Source: Paracoccaceae bacterium (GTDB lineage Bacteria; Pseudomonadota; Alphaproteobacteria; Rhodobacterales; Rhodobacteraceae). Taken from it: DNA of 64,000 bases. Of the stretch, positions 48,888 through 60,873 are shown piece after piece. The translations under genes were made by a program, and so were the position numbers. Location: contig JBDVBY010000011.1 of NCBI GenBank assembly GCA_039942715.1, positions 9,635 through 73,634 of the forward strand, written 5' to 3'. Position 1 is the first letter of the stretch. Each line of letters begins with the position of its first letter. The notes below the pieces were generated by a model that was not told where the DNA came from, searched no databases, and saw only the letters and a list, made by a program, of their open reading frames with translations.

Positions 48888-50105
48888 ATGTCGTCTCCTA
48901 AGAAAGTTGTCCTTGCCTACTCCGGCGGGCTTGATACCTCGATCATTCTCAAGTGGCTTCAAACCGAATACGGCTGTGAAGTTGTGACCTTTACCGCCGA
49001 TCTTGGTCAGGGCGAAGAGCTAGAGCCAGCGCGCAAAAAAGCAGAAGATATGGGCGTGTCTGAGATTTATATCGAAGACCTGCGAGAAGAGTTTGTGCGT
49101 GATTTCGTTTTTCCGATGTTCCGCGCTAATGCACTTTACGAAGGATTGTATCTACTTGGTACATCCATCGCACGACCTCTGATTTCCAAGCGTCTGGTCG
49201 AGATCGCCGCCGAAACTGGTGCGGATGCAATCAGCCACGGTGCAACCGGCAAAGGAAATGATCAGGTGCGGTTTGAGCTTTCGGCCTACGCACTGAATCC
49301 TGACATCAAGGTGATTGCGCCTTGGCGGTTGTGGGATCTGAGTAGCCGCACCAAGCTCATCGACTTTGCTGAAAAATATCAAATCCCGATCGCGAAAGAT
49401 AAGCGCGGCGAAGCGCCGTTTAGCGTGGATGCCAATCTCCTTCACACTTCATCCGAAGGCAAAGTGCTGGAAGACCCCGCTGACGAAGCACCTGACTACG
49501 TCTACCAGCGCACGGTTCACCCCGAAGATGCACCAGACACACCTCAGCTTATCGAGATTGGCTTTGAGAAGGGCGACGCTGTTTCCATTGACGGCGAAGC
49601 AATGAGCCCCGCAACAATCCTGACCAGACTTAATGAGCTTGGCGGCGCGCACGGCATTGGCCGTCTTGATCTGGTCGAAGGTCGGTTCGTTGGTATGAAA
49701 TCGCGCGGTATCTATGAAACGCCAGGCGGCACCATTCTATTAGAAGCGCACCGCGGCATTGAACAGATCACTCTTGATCGCGGCGAAGCCCATTTGAAAG
49801 ATGAGCTGATGCCGAAATATGCCGAACTTATTTACAACGGTTTCTGGTTCTCACCAGAGCGCGAAATGCTGCAAGCGCTGATCGACCGCAGCCAAGAGCA
49901 CGTCACCGGCACCGTTCGGCTAAAGCTCTATAAGGGATCTGCGCGCACCGTTGCCCGCTGGTCAGAGCATTCGCTCTATTCCGAAGCGCACGTCACTTTT
50001 GAGGAAGACGCCGGCGCCTATGATCAGACCGATGCGCAAGGATTCATCCAGCTGAACGCGCTCCGATTGAAGCTGCTTGCTGCCCGTAAGAAACGCGTTG
50101 GCTAA
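48888..50105 (+). CDS. argG: argininosuccinate synthase
   Basis: 405-aa ORF. Contains [28 protein letters not shown] and [18 protein letters not shown]. Confidence 0.96.
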   Translation: MSSPKKVVLAYSGGLDTSIILKWLQTEYGCEVVTFTADLGQGEELEPARKKAEDMGVSEIYIEDLREEFVRDFVFPMFRANALYEGLYLLGTSIARPLISKRLVEIAAETGADAISHGATGKGNDQVRFELSAYALNPDIKVIAPWRLWDLSSRTKLIDFAEKYQIPIAKDKRGEAPFSVDANLLHTSSEGKVLEDPADEAPDYVYQRTVHPEDAPDTPQLIEIGFEKGDAVSIDGEAMSPATILTRLNELGGAHGIGRLDLVEGRFVGMKSRGIYETPGGTILLEAHRGIEQITLDRGEAHLKDELMPKYAELIYNGFWFSPEREMLQALIDRSQEHVTGTVRLKLYKGSARTVARWSEHSLYSEAHVTFEEDAGAYDQTDAQGFIQLNALRLKLLAARKKRVG

Positions 50106-50788
50106 AGCGCACGCGCGATCAATTCACGATAATACGGCAAGGCGGCTTGAACCAAGCTAGCCGCTTTGCCTGACACCTCGGGCAAAGGCCCCTCGTCGCC
50201 TGCAAACCCTGTCGATTTATGAACAGCATTGTACCAGTGTGGCGCCCACGCACCGTCAAAATCTTTCGGTCCAGCAGGCCAGTTGAGCATTGAAGCATCA
50301 AAGGCCAACCCAATCTCGGCGCAAAGCCTTTGTATCATGCCTTTCGGATCACGACGCACATCGGCGCTATCGATCACTGGCCCAGGAAACAGGTCAAAGA
50401 CGTCCACCTGCTGCTCAAACCCAATGTCGCGCATTGTTGGATTCTCACGTTTGGCCGCATAGCTCGCAACAACACGAGCCGGATGCCGGATCAGATGAAT
50501 ATTCACACAATCCTCAGCCCAATCCATGGGAAAATCAGGCTCCATTTGGAAACCCATATGTTTCATGTAGAGGTTGCCGCTAGCCTCTCTTATTTTGTTG
50601 GAAACGGCGTGTGGATCAGAGTCGTGCTCGGCCAAAACCTCATCCCGTAACGGATGATCTATCCCCGTGACCATGAGGTATGCGGCATAAAAAGGTTCGT
50701 CCCACGCTTGAAAATCAGGCCGATTGCCGAATGAATACATCATCGCTGTCGACAAGTTTCGCGGCCCACTCCACATCGCAATCTTCAT
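50102..50788 (-). CDS. sulfotransferase-like / P-loop-fold family protein of unknown function
   Basis: ATG 50788 gives [23 protein letters not shown]. From memory, this conserved N-terminus belongs to a family annotated as sulfotransferase-like. No catalytic assignment is possible from sequence alone. Confidence 0.55.
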   Translation of the reverse strand: MKIAMWSGPRNLSTAMMYSFGNRPDFQAWDEPFYAAYLMVTGIDHPLRDEVLAEHDSDPHAVSNKIREASGNLYMKHMGFQMEPDFPMDWAEDCVNIHLIRHPARVVASYAAKRENPTMRDIGFEQQVDVFDLFPGPVIDSADVRRDPKGMIQRLCAEIGLAFDASMLNWPAGPKDFDGAWAPHWYNAVHKSTGFAGDEGPLPEVSGKAASLVQAALPYYRELIARAL

Positions 50789-50939
50789 AAACCACCCCAT
50801 TTTGGCACAACTTTGAACAACGCTAGCTTTTGAGGGCATTTGAAACAACTCTCACAGGCGCGCGATATCACAGCTCAGTGAATAGACGGTGAGGCCTCCT
50901 TTGCCCCATGGTGCCCGCAAAACCAAAGGATAGTGATCT

Positions 50940-51593
50940 ATGACGATGATGAATTTCGTGAAACTGCCCCTACTCGCAGGCCTGATACTTTTCGGTCTTG
51001 CAGTGCAATTCAATGCGGCCGAAGCGCAATCCAAGAAAGCTTTCTTTGCGGGTGGATGTTTTTGGTGCATCGAAAAGGATTTTGAATCTATCAAAGGTGT
51101 CAGCGAAGTTGTGTCGGGTTATACTGGAGGCAAAACAGCAAACCCCACTTACAAACAGGTGACCAAGGGCGGTACTGGCCACTATGAAGCGGTCGAAGTT
51201 CGCTATAACGCAGGTCAAGTCAGTTATGACGAGCTACTGTACAAGTTCTTCCGTTCGGTCGATCCCACCGACGCTGGTGGTCAGTTCTGTGATCGCGGCG
51301 ACAGCTATCGAACAGCGATCTTTGTCACGAACGCGAGTGAAAAAGCTGCTGCACAAAAGGCAAAAGCACGTGCTGAAAAGGACCTTGGCCGCAAGATTGT
51401 GACACCGATCTTAAACGCCAGCCGCTTTTACAACGCTGAGGCCTATCACCAAGATTACTACAAAAGCTCTGAAGTGGTCCTGACTCGTCGCGGTCCGAAA
51501 TCAAAGGCGAATGCGTATAAATTCTATCGCAAAGCCTGTGGTCGCGATAAGCGCGTCAAACAGCTTTGGGGCAGCGACGCCTTCATCGGCTAA
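50940..51593 (+). CDS. msrA: peptide-methionine (S)-S-oxide reductase with N-terminal signal peptide
   Basis: A hydrophobic leader (VKLPLLAGLILFGLAVQFNAAEA) is followed by FFAGGCFWCIEKDF, the MsrA active site. Also contains GHYEAV and YHQDYY. Confidence 0.9.
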   Translation: MTMMNFVKLPLLAGLILFGLAVQFNAAEAQSKKAFFAGGCFWCIEKDFESIKGVSEVVSGYTGGKTANPTYKQVTKGGTGHYEAVEVRYNAGQVSYDELLYKFFRSVDPTDAGGQFCDRGDSYRTAIFVTNASEKAAAQKAKARAEKDLGRKIVTPILNASRFYNAEAYHQDYYKSSEVVLTRRGPKSKANAYKFYRKACGRDKRVKQLWGSDAFIG

Positions 51594-51607
51594 GCAGATT
51601 CTGGCGG

Positions 51608-53863
51608 TCAGCCCACTTTGCAGGCCGCCAGAACCGCCATATTCAGAATATCGTTCACCGACGCGACAGTCGGCAGAATCTGAATTGGTTTATCGACGCC
51701 CGTCAAGATCGGACCAATGACCGTCGCCCCTGCCATTTCTTGCATTAGCTTTACAGAAATTGACGCAGAGTGGCGCGCGGGCACAACCAAAATATTGGCC
51801 GGACCAGTCAGACGCGAAAACGGATAAGCTTCTTGCGCCTGAGTGTTAAGCGCGACATCGACGGTCATCTCGCCTTCATACTCAAAATCAACATCCATGC
51901 CGTCCAACACTTTGGGCGCCATATGCATTTTTTCTGCGCGCTCGCTAACAGGGTAGCCAAAGGTCGAAAAGCTAACAAACGCCACGCGCGGAACAAGACC
52001 AAGAGAACGCGCAACTTTCGCACCCTGCACAGCGATGTGCGCAAGATCATTATCGTCAGGCCATTCATGCACCAGCGTATCTGCGATCAAAACGATCCGG
52101 CCGCGATGCAAAAGCGCCGTCACACCAACAGCGCCATCTTCGGCAGTTGCATCAAACACATGATTGATCAGACTAAGAACGTGCGCTGACTTGCGGGTCG
52201 CGCCCGTGACCAAAGCGTCACCATGATCGTGTGCCAGCATAAGTGACGCAAAAACGTGCCGATCCCGCGCAGCAAGGCGGTGTATGTCGGTTGTATCAAA
52301 GCCTTTGCGCTGCAGTCGGTCATACAGAAAAGACTTATACTGCTCAAAATGAGGTGTGTTCGCGGCGTTGACTACCTGAATTTCGGACGCCGCATCGCCC
52401 AGCCCATCGGCGGCGAGCTGCTCAGCAACTTCGGCTTCGCGCCCAACAACAATCGCCTGCCCGTATCCGCTACGTTGATAATTCACAGCAGCCCGCAGGA
52501 CCCGGCTGTCATCACCTTCAGCAAAAATCATGCGCGATTGTGCGGCGCGCGCACGTGCATTGATCCCGCGCAAAATACTTGCAGTTGGATCCATCCGCGA
52601 TTTCAGTTGGAGTTCGTAAGCTTCCATATCAACGATTGGCCGACGGGCGACACCCGTTTCCATACCCGCCTTGGCAACAGCGGGCGGAATGCGATGGATC
52701 AGACGCGGATCAAACGGAGTTGGGATAATGTAGTCGCGACCAAAGGTCAGTTTGCGGCCATACGCCATTGCAACTTCGTCAGGGACATCTTCGCGCGCAA
52801 GTTTTGCCAAGGCTTCTGCACAGGCGATTTTCATTTCATCGTTAATCGCGCGTGCATGAATATCTAGAGCACCGCGGAATAAATACGGGAAACCAAGTAC
52901 GTTATTTACCTGATTGGGATAGTCTGACCGTCCTGTAGCTACGATGGCGTCTTCGCGCACCTCGTGCGCCTCTTCCGGAGTGATTTCCGGATCAGGATTT
53001 GCCATCGCAAAAATCACCGGATTGTCTGCCATGCTGGCAACCATTTCAGACGTAACCGCCCCTTTGGCACTAACGCCCAAGAAAACATCGGCTCCCTTCA
53101 TTGCATCTTCCAAGGACCGCGCATCGGTCTTAACCGCGTGCGCCGATTTCCACTGGTTCATCCCTTCAGTGCGGCCTTGGTAAATAACGCCCTTGGTGTC
53201 GCATGTGATACAATTCTCATGCCGTGCACCCATGCGCTTGATCAACTCAACGCAAGCAATACCCGCCGCCCCTGCTCCATTCAGAACGATGCGACAATCT
53301 TCGATTTTTTTGCCCGAGATATGCAGCGCATTCAGCAAACCTGCCGCACAAATCACAGCAGTACCGTGCTGGTCATCGTGAAAGACAGGAATATCCATCT
53401 CTTCTTTAAGACGTTGTTCAATGATGAAGCACTCGGGCGCCTTGATATCCTCGAGGTTCACTCCGCCAAAAGTCGGGCCCATAAGGCGCACAGCCTGACA
53501 GAATGCATCAACATCTTCGGTATCCAGTTCGATATCGATCGAGTTCACATCGGCAAACCGTTTGAAAAGAACCGCCTTGCCTTCCATCACAGGCTTAGAT
53601 CCCAGCGCTCCAAGGTTGCCCAACCCAAGCACGGCAGTGCCGTTTGATATCACTGCAACCAGATTGCCCTTGTTCGTGTAATCATAGGCGGTCTCTGGCC
53701 GTTCAGCGATTTCCTCACATGGCACAGCAACGCCAGGAGAATAGGCAAGCGACAAATCTCGCTGCGTTGTCATCGGCACTGTTGCCTGAATTTCAAACTT
53801 GCCAGGCGTTGGATGCAGATGAAAAGACAGAGCGTCTTCGCGCGTATACTTTGAATTGGCCAT
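51608..53863 (-). CDS. maeB: NADP-dependent malic enzyme (malic enzyme domain plus PTA-like C-terminal domain)
   Basis: 751-aa ORF. Contains [28 protein letters not shown]-type [19 protein letters not shown] and a phosphate-acetyltransferase-like C-terminal half. Confidence 0.93.
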   Translation of the reverse strand: MANSKYTREDALSFHLHPTPGKFEIQATVPMTTQRDLSLAYSPGVAVPCEEIAERPETAYDYTNKGNLVAVISNGTAVLGLGNLGALGSKPVMEGKAVLFKRFADVNSIDIELDTEDVDAFCQAVRLMGPTFGGVNLEDIKAPECFIIEQRLKEEMDIPVFHDDQHGTAVICAAGLLNALHISGKKIEDCRIVLNGAGAAGIACVELIKRMGARHENCITCDTKGVIYQGRTEGMNQWKSAHAVKTDARSLEDAMKGADVFLGVSAKGAVTSEMVASMADNPVIFAMANPDPEITPEEAHEVREDAIVATGRSDYPNQVNNVLGFPYLFRGALDIHARAINDEMKIACAEALAKLAREDVPDEVAMAYGRKLTFGRDYIIPTPFDPRLIHRIPPAVAKAGMETGVARRPIVDMEAYELQLKSRMDPTASILRGINARARAAQSRMIFAEGDDSRVLRAAVNYQRSGYGQAIVVGREAEVAEQLAADGLGDAASEIQVVNAANTPHFEQYKSFLYDRLQRKGFDTTDIHRLAARDRHVFASLMLAHDHGDALVTGATRKSAHVLSLINHVFDATAEDGAVGVTALLHRGRIVLIADTLVHEWPDDNDLAHIAVQGAKVARSLGLVPRVAFVSFSTFGYPVSERAEKMHMAPKVLDGMDVDFEYEGEMTVDVALNTQAQEAYPFSRLTGPANILVVPARHSASISVKLMQEMAGATVIGPILTGVDKPIQILPTVASVNDILNMAVLAACKVG

Positions 53864-53980
53864 GATGTTCTCCCTGAAAGCGATCCTTACCGTCTAGCGC
53901 GCATCGTGCAACGTGATTTCACCTTTCGCCCGCCCGACAGCCCAAGTAGATTCAAGATCAATCCACACTGGGGGGTGTCG

Positions 53981-56611
53981 ATGTCTGTCGCTAATGCCGC
54001 TGTCACGCCTATGATGGCGCAGTTTCTTGAGATTAAAGCCGATCACGCCGATGCGTTGCTGTTCTATCGAATGGGCGACTTTTATGAGCTGTTCTTTGAC
54101 GATGCCGTTGCTGCGGCAGCAGCCTTAGATATCGCGTTAACCAAACGCGGCAAACATCTTGGCGAAGACATTCCGATGTGTGGCGTTCCGTTTCATGCCG
54201 CCGAGGGATATTTGCTGACCCTGATCCGCAAAGGATTTCGTGTCGCTGTTTGTGAGCAGCTAGAAAATCCGGCAGAGGCGAAAAAGCGCGGTTCAAAGTC
54301 GGTCGTTAAACGTGGCGTTGTTCGGCTGGTCACACCTGGCACGTTGACTGAGGAAAGCTTGCTCGAAGCGCGGCGGCACAATTACTTGGTTTCCTTATCC
54401 GAAGTCCGCGGCGAAGCAGCGATTGCTTGGGCTGATATATCGACTGGTGAGTTTCGTGTTATGCCAACCTCGATTGTCCGCTTTGGGCCTGAGCTTGCGC
54501 GCTTGGCACCGCGTGAAGTGATCATTTCGGACAATAGAGAAGCCGATTTCGGCGATTTAGTCACTGAAACAGGCGCGTCTGTCACTCCTATTGCGCCAGG
54601 CAGCTTTGATAGCCAATCTGCAGAGCTTCGGCTAACCACGCTTTGGGAAGTCAGCAGCCTAGATGCCTTTGGTACATTTGCGCGCGCTGAGGTTTCTGCG
54701 ATGGGGGCGCTAGTTGATTATCTGGACCTGACGCAAAAGGGCAAACTACCTCTGTTACGCCCCCCTATTCAGGAACGCACAAGCGAAACTGTTCAGATCG
54801 ACGCCGCTACGCGCCGAAACCTTGAGATTACACATGCGCTTTCAGGTGGACGAGATGGATCGCTGATCCAAGCAATTGATCGCACTGTGACAGCGGGGGG
54901 CGGCCGACTTTTGGAACGCCGGCTGTCCTCACCCTCTAGAGATCTAACGACGATCCTTGATCGACATGCCGCGATTGAAGCGTGCCTGAATGATCCCCGT
55001 GCAAACGAAGACATGCGCGAAACCCTGAAAGCAACTCCGGATATGGAACGCGCCCTGTCCCGTTTGGGATTAGATCGCGGCGGCCCGCGTGATCTTGCGG
55101 CAATTCGTAACGGTCTGACGCAAGCTGGGCGAATTGAATTCAAAGGGTCCAGTTCTCTAATTGCCGATCTGATAAAGCGCCTGAGTGGGTTTGACGAACT
55201 GCTGGTTTTGCTAAACGACGCTTTGGTTGCCGAGCCCCCTCTTTTGACGCGCGATGGAGGGTTCATTGCGAAGGGTTTTGACGCCGAACTTGATGACGCG
55301 CGCACCCTGCGCGACGAAGGGCGTGGTGTTATTGCCAGCATGCAGGCAGAGTATTCAAAAGAAACAAACATCTCTGCGCTAAAGATCAAGCACAACAATG
55401 TCTTGGGCTATTTTATCGAAACTACCGCGACACATGCCGAAAAGATGCTAGCCGCTCCGCTGTCTGAAAAATTCATTCATCGCCAGACAACAGCCAACGC
55501 TGTGCGCTTTACAACTGTCGCCTTATCCGAACTTGAAACACGCATTCTAAACTCGGGCGCGCGTGCCCTAGAGATAGAAAAAAGTCTTTATGAAACGTTG
55601 AAAAGCGCAATTCTTGAGTGTGCTGCAAACATCGGTGACACCGCGCGCGCCTTAGCCGAAATTGATCTGACAGCGGCATTCGCATCGCTTGCGCGATCCG
55701 ACGATTGGAACAAGCCCGAGATGTCGAACAGTCGCAATTTCAAAATTGAAGGGGGGCGGCATCCGGTCGTTGAAAAAGCGCTAAAATCTGACGGTGGCAC
55801 GCCCTTTATTGCCAATGATTGCAATTTAGGCGGTGAGGCCATTTGGCTTTTGACTGGACCTAACATGGCAGGTAAATCGACATATTTGCGGCAGAACGCA
55901 ATAGTGGCCCTACTGGCACAAGCCGGCAGCTATGTGCCTGCAAAATTTGCCGAAATCGGTCTGGTCAGTCAGATTTTCAGCCGAGTCGGCGCTTCAGACG
56001 ACCTGGCGCGCGGTAGATCGACATTCATGGTCGAAATGGTGGAAACTGCGGCGATTCTGAACCAAGCGGATGATCGCGCCTTGGTAATACTAGATGAAAT
56101 TGGACGCGGTACGGCCACTTATGATGGGCTATCCATCGCGTGGGCCACGCTTGAACATCTCCACGATGTCAATCGCTGCCGGACACTGTTTGCAACGCAC
56201 TACCACGAGATGACTCAGCTCTCGGACAAGCTGTCTGGCGTCGCAAACGCAACCGTGGCAGTAAAAGAATGGGAAGGCGAAGTAATTTTTCTGCATGAAG
56301 TACGCAGAGGTGCGGCGGATCGCAGTTATGGCGTTCAAGTCGCCAAGCTTGCCGGATTACCTACATCAGTGGTTGAGCGTGCGCGCGTTGTTTTGGAAGC
56401 ATTGGAGAAGGGAGAGCGCGAAGGCGGCTCCCGACAAAAAGCACTAATCGATGACCTACCCTTGTTTGCCGCGTCTCCAACGCCAGCAGCACAGACTATA
56501 GTCAAAGCGTCAGACGTTGAAAACATGTTGGCCGAGCTACTGCCGGACGAAATGACGCCGAAAGACGCACTAAACGCGCTTTACGAACTTAAGACGTTGC
56601 TGAAGCCCTGA
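53981..56611 (+). CDS. mutS: DNA mismatch repair protein MutS
   Basis: The track start 53906 is a GTG. ATG 53981 gives [42 protein letters not shown]. Also has the Walker [14 protein letters not shown], plus STFMVEM and DEIGRGT. Confidence 0.95.
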   Translation: MSVANAAVTPMMAQFLEIKADHADALLFYRMGDFYELFFDDAVAAAAALDIALTKRGKHLGEDIPMCGVPFHAAEGYLLTLIRKGFRVAVCEQLENPAEAKKRGSKSVVKRGVVRLVTPGTLTEESLLEARRHNYLVSLSEVRGEAAIAWADISTGEFRVMPTSIVRFGPELARLAPREVIISDNREADFGDLVTETGASVTPIAPGSFDSQSAELRLTTLWEVSSLDAFGTFARAEVSAMGALVDYLDLTQKGKLPLLRPPIQERTSETVQIDAATRRNLEITHALSGGRDGSLIQAIDRTVTAGGGRLLERRLSSPSRDLTTILDRHAAIEACLNDPRANEDMRETLKATPDMERALSRLGLDRGGPRDLAAIRNGLTQAGRIEFKGSSSLIADLIKRLSGFDELLVLLNDALVAEPPLLTRDGGFIAKGFDAELDDARTLRDEGRGVIASMQAEYSKETNISALKIKHNNVLGYFIETTATHAEKMLAAPLSEKFIHRQTTANAVRFTTVALSELETRILNSGARALEIEKSLYETLKSAILECAANIGDTARALAEIDLTAAFASLARSDDWNKPEMSNSRNFKIEGGRHPVVEKALKSDGGTPFIANDCNLGGEAIWLLTGPNMAGKSTYLRQNAIVALLAQAGSYVPAKFAEIGLVSQIFSRVGASDDLARGRSTFMVEMVETAAILNQADDRALVILDEIGRGTATYDGLSIAWATLEHLHDVNRCRTLFATHYHEMTQLSDKLSGVANATVAVKEWEGEVIFLHEVRRGAADRSYGVQVAKLAGLPTSVVERARVVLEALEKGEREGGSRQKALIDDLPLFAASPTPAAQTIVKASDVENMLAELLPDEMTPKDALNALYELKTLLKP

Positions 56612-56688
56612 ATTCGACGCCTGACGCGCCAGTCAAATGGGGGAAAATGTCCGCCAGACTCCCATTAGAGTATTTTCAAATAGATGAG

Positions 56689-57246
56689 TTAGCCGGCAGG
56701 CATTGAACTGACGCCCACTTTTGCGGGACGCAACAAGCGATCATGCAAGAGGAAACCATCCGCTTCTACTTGAATAATGTCACCCGCTTTTGTGCCGGGA
56801 AGCGGAGCCTCGAACATGGCTTCGTGGTGTTGCGGATCAAATCTGTCACCGACTTCCGGTGAAATTGGCACAATACCGTGCTTTTTGAAGACATTGATCA
56901 TCTCACGCATCGTCAATTCGACGCCTTCAATCATAGCTTTGTTTGCTTCACGTGCCTCGTCTGGGATCATTTCAACCGCGCGCTTCATATTATCAAACAC
57001 TGGCAAAAGGTCCCGCGAAAGGCGTGACCCGCCATATTGCTCGGCTTCGCGGCGATCGCGCTCGGATCGTTTGCGCGAATTTTCGGTGTCTGCCAAAGCG
57101 CGCATGAACTTGTCTTTCAATTCATCTCGCTCAGCCAAAAGCGCCTGAAACGCTTCATCCATATCCGGTTCTTCCATTGCATCATCAGATGAAATGTCGA
57201 TCAGCTCTTCTTCGGCCATTGGTTTCTTTTCCGCGTCGCTCATCAC
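56689..57246 (-). CDS. grpE: nucleotide exchange factor GrpE
   Basis: 185-aa ORF. Contains LKDKFMRALADTENSRKR, PVFDNM and FDPQHHEAM. 4-nt overlap with hrcA. Confidence 0.93.
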   Translation of the reverse strand: MMSDAEKKPMAEEELIDISSDDAMEEPDMDEAFQALLAERDELKDKFMRALADTENSRKRSERDRREAEQYGGSRLSRDLLPVFDNMKRAVEMIPDEAREANKAMIEGVELTMREMINVFKKHGIVPISPEVGDRFDPQHHEAMFEAPLPGTKAGDIIQVEADGFLLHDRLLRPAKVGVSSMPAG

Positions 57247-58310
57247 TGCCCTCGGTCTGTAATCAGGCGGCCCACAAGTTGTGCCGTATAGTCCACGATT
57301 GGTACGATCCGCCCGTAATTGAGCCGCGTGGGTCCAATGACCCCAACCGCACCGATAATCTTTCGATCAGCGTTCATATATGGAGAGACGACCAAAGAGG
57401 AACCTGAAAGTGAAAAAAGTTTGTTCTCAGAGCCAATAAAAATGCGCACACCTTCGCCTGTATCTGCCAATTCAAGGAAATCAGCGATGTCTCGCTTGCG
57501 CTCAAGGTCGTCAAATAGGGTTCTGATACGATCCAAGTCTTCTTCTTCGGCAGTGCCTTCAAGTAGATTCGCGCGCCCTCTCACAATCAGACGTTCATAA
57601 GTCGTGCCTTCGTTTTCCCAAACAGCTGCGCCACCTTCGACCAGCTCGCGTGCCAAGACATCAAGCTCTTGGCGATGTTTGGTTACTTCGGCGCTAATCA
57701 CATCACCCAGTTCAGAAAGCGTGTGACCTTCGACAATTGAGTTTAGAAAATTCGCAGCCTCTCGCATCGAACTTGGGGTTTGGCCCGCGGGCGGCGTGAA
57801 AACGCGGTTTTCGACATGACCATCAGCAAAGACCAAGACAACCAAAGCACGATCATGGGCGAGGCTAACAAATTCGATATGTTTGAGTGGAGCTTCGTGT
57901 TTGGGCGTCAATACAAGGCTTGCGCCGTGTGTCACACCAGACAAAGCCGAGCCAACTTGATCCAAAATCGCGGTCACATCACCATTTTCCGGCGCGAGAT
58001 TGCTTTCAATGGCAGCACGATCCTGATCTGTCAGGTCGCCGACTTCGAGTAGACCATCAACAAACATACGCAGGCCAAGTTGCGTTGGTACGCGCCCTGC
58101 AGAGACATGCGGGGAATCCAGAAGGCCGAGATACTCGAGGTCTTGCATCACGTTTCGCACCGTCGCGGCACTCACGTTTTCTGAGAGCTCTCGCGTCAGT
58201 GTGCGTGATCCGACTGGATCACCAGTTTGAAGATATCCTTCAACGACGCGGCGAAACACTTCGCGCGAGCGATCGTTCATGTCATCAAAGAGTTTTCCGG
58301 CATCGGACAT
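57243..58310 (-). CDS. hrcA: heat-inducible transcription repressor HrcA
   Basis: 355-aa ORF. Contains R(S)REVFRRVVEGYLQTGDPVGSRTL...SAATVRNVMQDLEYLGLL and GAVGVIGPTRLNYGRIVPIVDYTA. Confidence 0.93.
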   Translation of the reverse strand: MSDAGKLFDDMNDRSREVFRRVVEGYLQTGDPVGSRTLTRELSENVSAATVRNVMQDLEYLGLLDSPHVSAGRVPTQLGLRMFVDGLLEVGDLTDQDRAAIESNLAPENGDVTAILDQVGSALSGVTHGASLVLTPKHEAPLKHIEFVSLAHDRALVVLVFADGHVENRVFTPPAGQTPSSMREAANFLNSIVEGHTLSELGDVISAEVTKHRQELDVLARELVEGGAAVWENEGTTYERLIVRGRANLLEGTAEEEDLDRIRTLFDDLERKRDIADFLELADTGEGVRIFIGSENKLFSLSGSSLVVSPYMNADRKIIGAVGVIGPTRLNYGRIVPIVDYTAQLVGRLITDRGQ

Positions 58311-58425
58311 TGCAGAAGGCTCATGTTCTCTGGGCCAGTCAATTAAATGGAAGGCAGCGCGAAGGTCAATCGGGGTTGATGGCGCGAATGGTCACGACTA
58401 TCACGCATGACATCAATGAAAGGTT

Positions 58426-59142
58426 ATGCCCATGCGCCCCTCTGGCCGCGAATTAAACGAAATGCGCCCGATTTCCATTGAAACTGGGGTCACGCGCCAT
58501 GCTGAAGGGTCATGTCTGATCAAATGCGGCGATACGCATGTGCTATGCACTGCGTCGATTGACGAGCGCGTACCACCTTGGATGAAAAATTCGGGCCTTG
58601 GGTGGGTAACAGCAGAATATGGCATGTTGCCCCGCGCTACGCATACACGGATGCGCCGCGAAGCGAAGAACGGGCAATCCGGGCGAACTCAGGAAATTCA
58701 GCGTCTTATCGGCCGCTCACTCCGTGCCTGCGTGGATCGCCCGGCTTTAGGCGAACGACAGATTCTGATCGATTGCGATGTGATTCAAGCTGATGGCGGC
58801 ACACGTTGTGCTTCAATCACAGGCGGTTTTGTTGCTTTGCGGTTGGCTGTGAACACCCTTTTGCAAGCAGGCATGATCACAAGCGACCCTTTGATGGACA
58901 ATGTGGCGGCGGTGTCCTGCGGAATTTACGCCGGTCAACCCGTGCTTGATCTGGATTACCCGGAAGACAGCGAAGCTGGTGTTGACGGCAACTTTGTTTT
59001 GATGGGCAGCGGGAAGCTTATCGAGGTGCAAATGTCTGCCGAAGGTTCGACTTATTCACGTGATCAGATGAACCAACTTCTTGATCTGGCGGAAAAAGGC
59101 ATTGGCGAGTTGGTGACTGCACAAAACGAAGCCGTCGCTTAA
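58426..59142 (+). CDS. rph: ribonuclease PH
   Basis: 238-aa ORF. Contains MRPSGR...[48 protein letters not shown] and QADGGTR. Confidence 0.96.
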   Translation: MPMRPSGRELNEMRPISIETGVTRHAEGSCLIKCGDTHVLCTASIDERVPPWMKNSGLGWVTAEYGMLPRATHTRMRREAKNGQSGRTQEIQRLIGRSLRACVDRPALGERQILIDCDVIQADGGTRCASITGGFVALRLAVNTLLQAGMITSDPLMDNVAAVSCGIYAGQPVLDLDYPEDSEAGVDGNFVLMGSGKLIEVQMSAEGSTYSRDQMNQLLDLAEKGIGELVTAQNEAVA

Positions 59143-59753
59143 TGCGGCAATTTACAGACGATACACTTTTGATTGCGACGCATAACGCCGGAAAACTGGA
59201 AGAAATAAGCAATCTGCTGAGTGATGTTGGAATTGCGGTTATTGGCGCCGCTGAAAAAAATCTGCCAGAACCTGTAGAAGACAGCACAACATTTGTTGAG
59301 AATGCCCGGACCAAAGCGCATACAGCTTGCCAAGCCACGGGGTTGCCGGCGCTTTCGGACGATAGCGGTATCGAAGTAGATGCGCTTGATCGTGCACCGG
59401 GCGTTTATACGGCAGATTGGGCCGAAACGCCAAACGGACGCGATTTCCAAATGGCGATGGAGAAAACCCATAAGCGACTTTTGAACGTAGGCGCATCGCA
59501 ACCGTGGAGCGCGCGCTTTTGTGCTACGTTTGTATTGGCTTGGCCTGATGGTCATGACGAGGTGTTCGAAGGAAAAGTAGAGGGTCATTTCGTTTGGCCA
59601 ATGCGCGGTAGTAATGGGCATGGATACGACCCCATATTCCAGCCCATCGGTCACAACATCACTTTTGGCGAAATGGAGGCTGACACGAAAAAATTGATCA
59701 GTCATCGCGCTGATGCGTTTCGAAAACTGAAGGCTGCCTTATCGCATGGATGA
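59142..59753 (+). CDS. rdgB: RdgB/HAM1 non-canonical purine NTP pyrophosphatase
   Basis: 203-aa ORF. Contains LLIATHNAGKLEE, FVENARTKA, LSDDSGIEVDAL, GHGYDPIF and SHRADA. Confidence 0.93.
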   Translation: MRQFTDDTLLIATHNAGKLEEISNLLSDVGIAVIGAAEKNLPEPVEDSTTFVENARTKAHTACQATGLPALSDDSGIEVDALDRAPGVYTADWAETPNGRDFQMAMEKTHKRLLNVGASQPWSARFCATFVLAWPDGHDEVFEGKVEGHFVWPMRGSNGHGYDPIFQPIGHNITFGEMEADTKKLISHRADAFRKLKAALSHG

Positions 59754-60873
59754 TGCCGGCTTTGGTCTTTATGTCCACTGGCCCTTTTGTCAGGCGAAAT
59801 GCCCGTATTGCGATTTCAATAGTCATGTCTCTGATGAGGTTGATCAGACACGCTGGAGGTCTGCCTATCTATCTGAAATTAAACGTATTTCGCTCGAAAC
59901 GGGACCATGTGTCCTGAACACAATTTTCTTTGGGGGCGGCACGCCCAGCCTGATGGACCCCGACTCTGTCGATGCGATTATTTCCGCGGCGCGTGCAGAA
60001 TGGCAACCAGCGAATGACATGGAGATCACGTTGGAGGCCAACCCAACGTCGGTGGAAGCAGGTCGCTTTCAGGCGTATAAACAAGCAGGTGTTAACCGTG
60101 TGTCGGTGGGCGTTCAGGCCTTAAACGATGTAGACCTTAAGGCGCTGGGACGATTGCATTCGGTCTCTGAAGCACGCCAGGCCTTTGATTTGGCGCGAAA
60201 GACATTCAAGCGCGTCTCCTTCGACTTGATCTATGCCCGCCAACATCAAACCCTTTCGCAATGGAAATCCGAACTCAGCGAAGCACTCTCAATGGCGGCT
60301 GACCACGTCTCGCTTTATCAACTGACTATTGAAGACGGTACAGCGTTTGGGGATCGTGCGGCACGTGGAAGACTTGCAGGCGTGCCAGATGACGATACAG
60401 GTGCCGACATGTACGAAATTACGCAGGAAATGACAGAGAATGCCGGACTGAGCGCCTATGAAGTTTCAAACCATGCCAAGCCGGGTGCCGAGTCGCGCCA
60501 CAACTTGATCTATTGGCAGTCTGGTCAATGGGCCGGCATTGGTCCCGGTGCGCATGGTCGATTGAATTTAGAGGGCGTTCGCACAGCAACAGAAACACAT
60601 CTTTCTCCACTTGCTTGGCTCAAGTCAGTTGAGGATACCGGCAGTGGGGAAAGCACTCGCAGCGGGATGTCCGCGGCTGATGTAGAAGTAGAAGCATTGA
60701 TGATGGGTTTACGCTTGAGCATGGGCATTCCCAAAGAACATTTTCCTGATTACGCTAATAAATTCAATAAGTTAATTGAAGACGGGTTCTTGTCTTCGAG
60801 TCAAACGCATATCCATACATCACGAAAAGGAAGGCCCCTTTTAAACGCCATCCTTCGAGAGCTTTTAGCCTAG
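59746..60873 (+). CDS. hemW: radical SAM heme chaperone HemW (HemN-like, oxygen-independent coproporphyrinogen oxidase family)
   Basis: 375-aa ORF. Contains LYVHWPFCQAKCPYCDF (CxxxCxxC), IFFGGGTPS and SLYQLTIE. Confidence 0.92.
   Translation: MDDAGFGLYVHWPFCQAKCPYCDFNSHVSDEVDQTRWRSAYLSEIKRISLETGPCVLNTIFFGGGTPSLMDPDSVDAIISAARAEWQPANDMEITLEANPTSVEAGRFQAYKQAGVNRVSVGVQALNDVDLKALGRLHSVSEARQAFDLARKTFKRVSFDLIYARQHQTLSQWKSELSEALSMAADHVSLYQLTIEDGTAFGDRAARGRLAGVPDDDTGADMYEITQEMTENAGLSAYEVSNHAKPGAESRHNLIYWQSGQWAGIGPGAHGRLNLEGVRTATETHLSPLAWLKSVEDTGSGESTRSGMSAADVEVEALMMGLRLSMGIPKEHFPDYANKFNKLIEDGFLSSSQTHIHTSRKGRPLLNAILRELLA

Noticed and set aside
50812-50849. Direct repeat TTTGAACAAC / TTTGAAACAAC in the spacer between the sulfotransferase-like gene and msrA
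   Set aside because: Two imperfect 10-11-nt copies 27 nt apart in an A/T-rich promoter region. There is too little information to separate this from chance.
58311-58425. Looked for a CIRCE operator (TTAGCACTC-N9-GAGTGCTAA) or an RpoH promoter in the hrcA/rph divergent spacer
   Set aside because: No CIRCE-like inverted repeat and no CTTG-N17-18-CYTATNT match are present. There is only a weak sigma-70-like TTGACC-N17-TTAATT.
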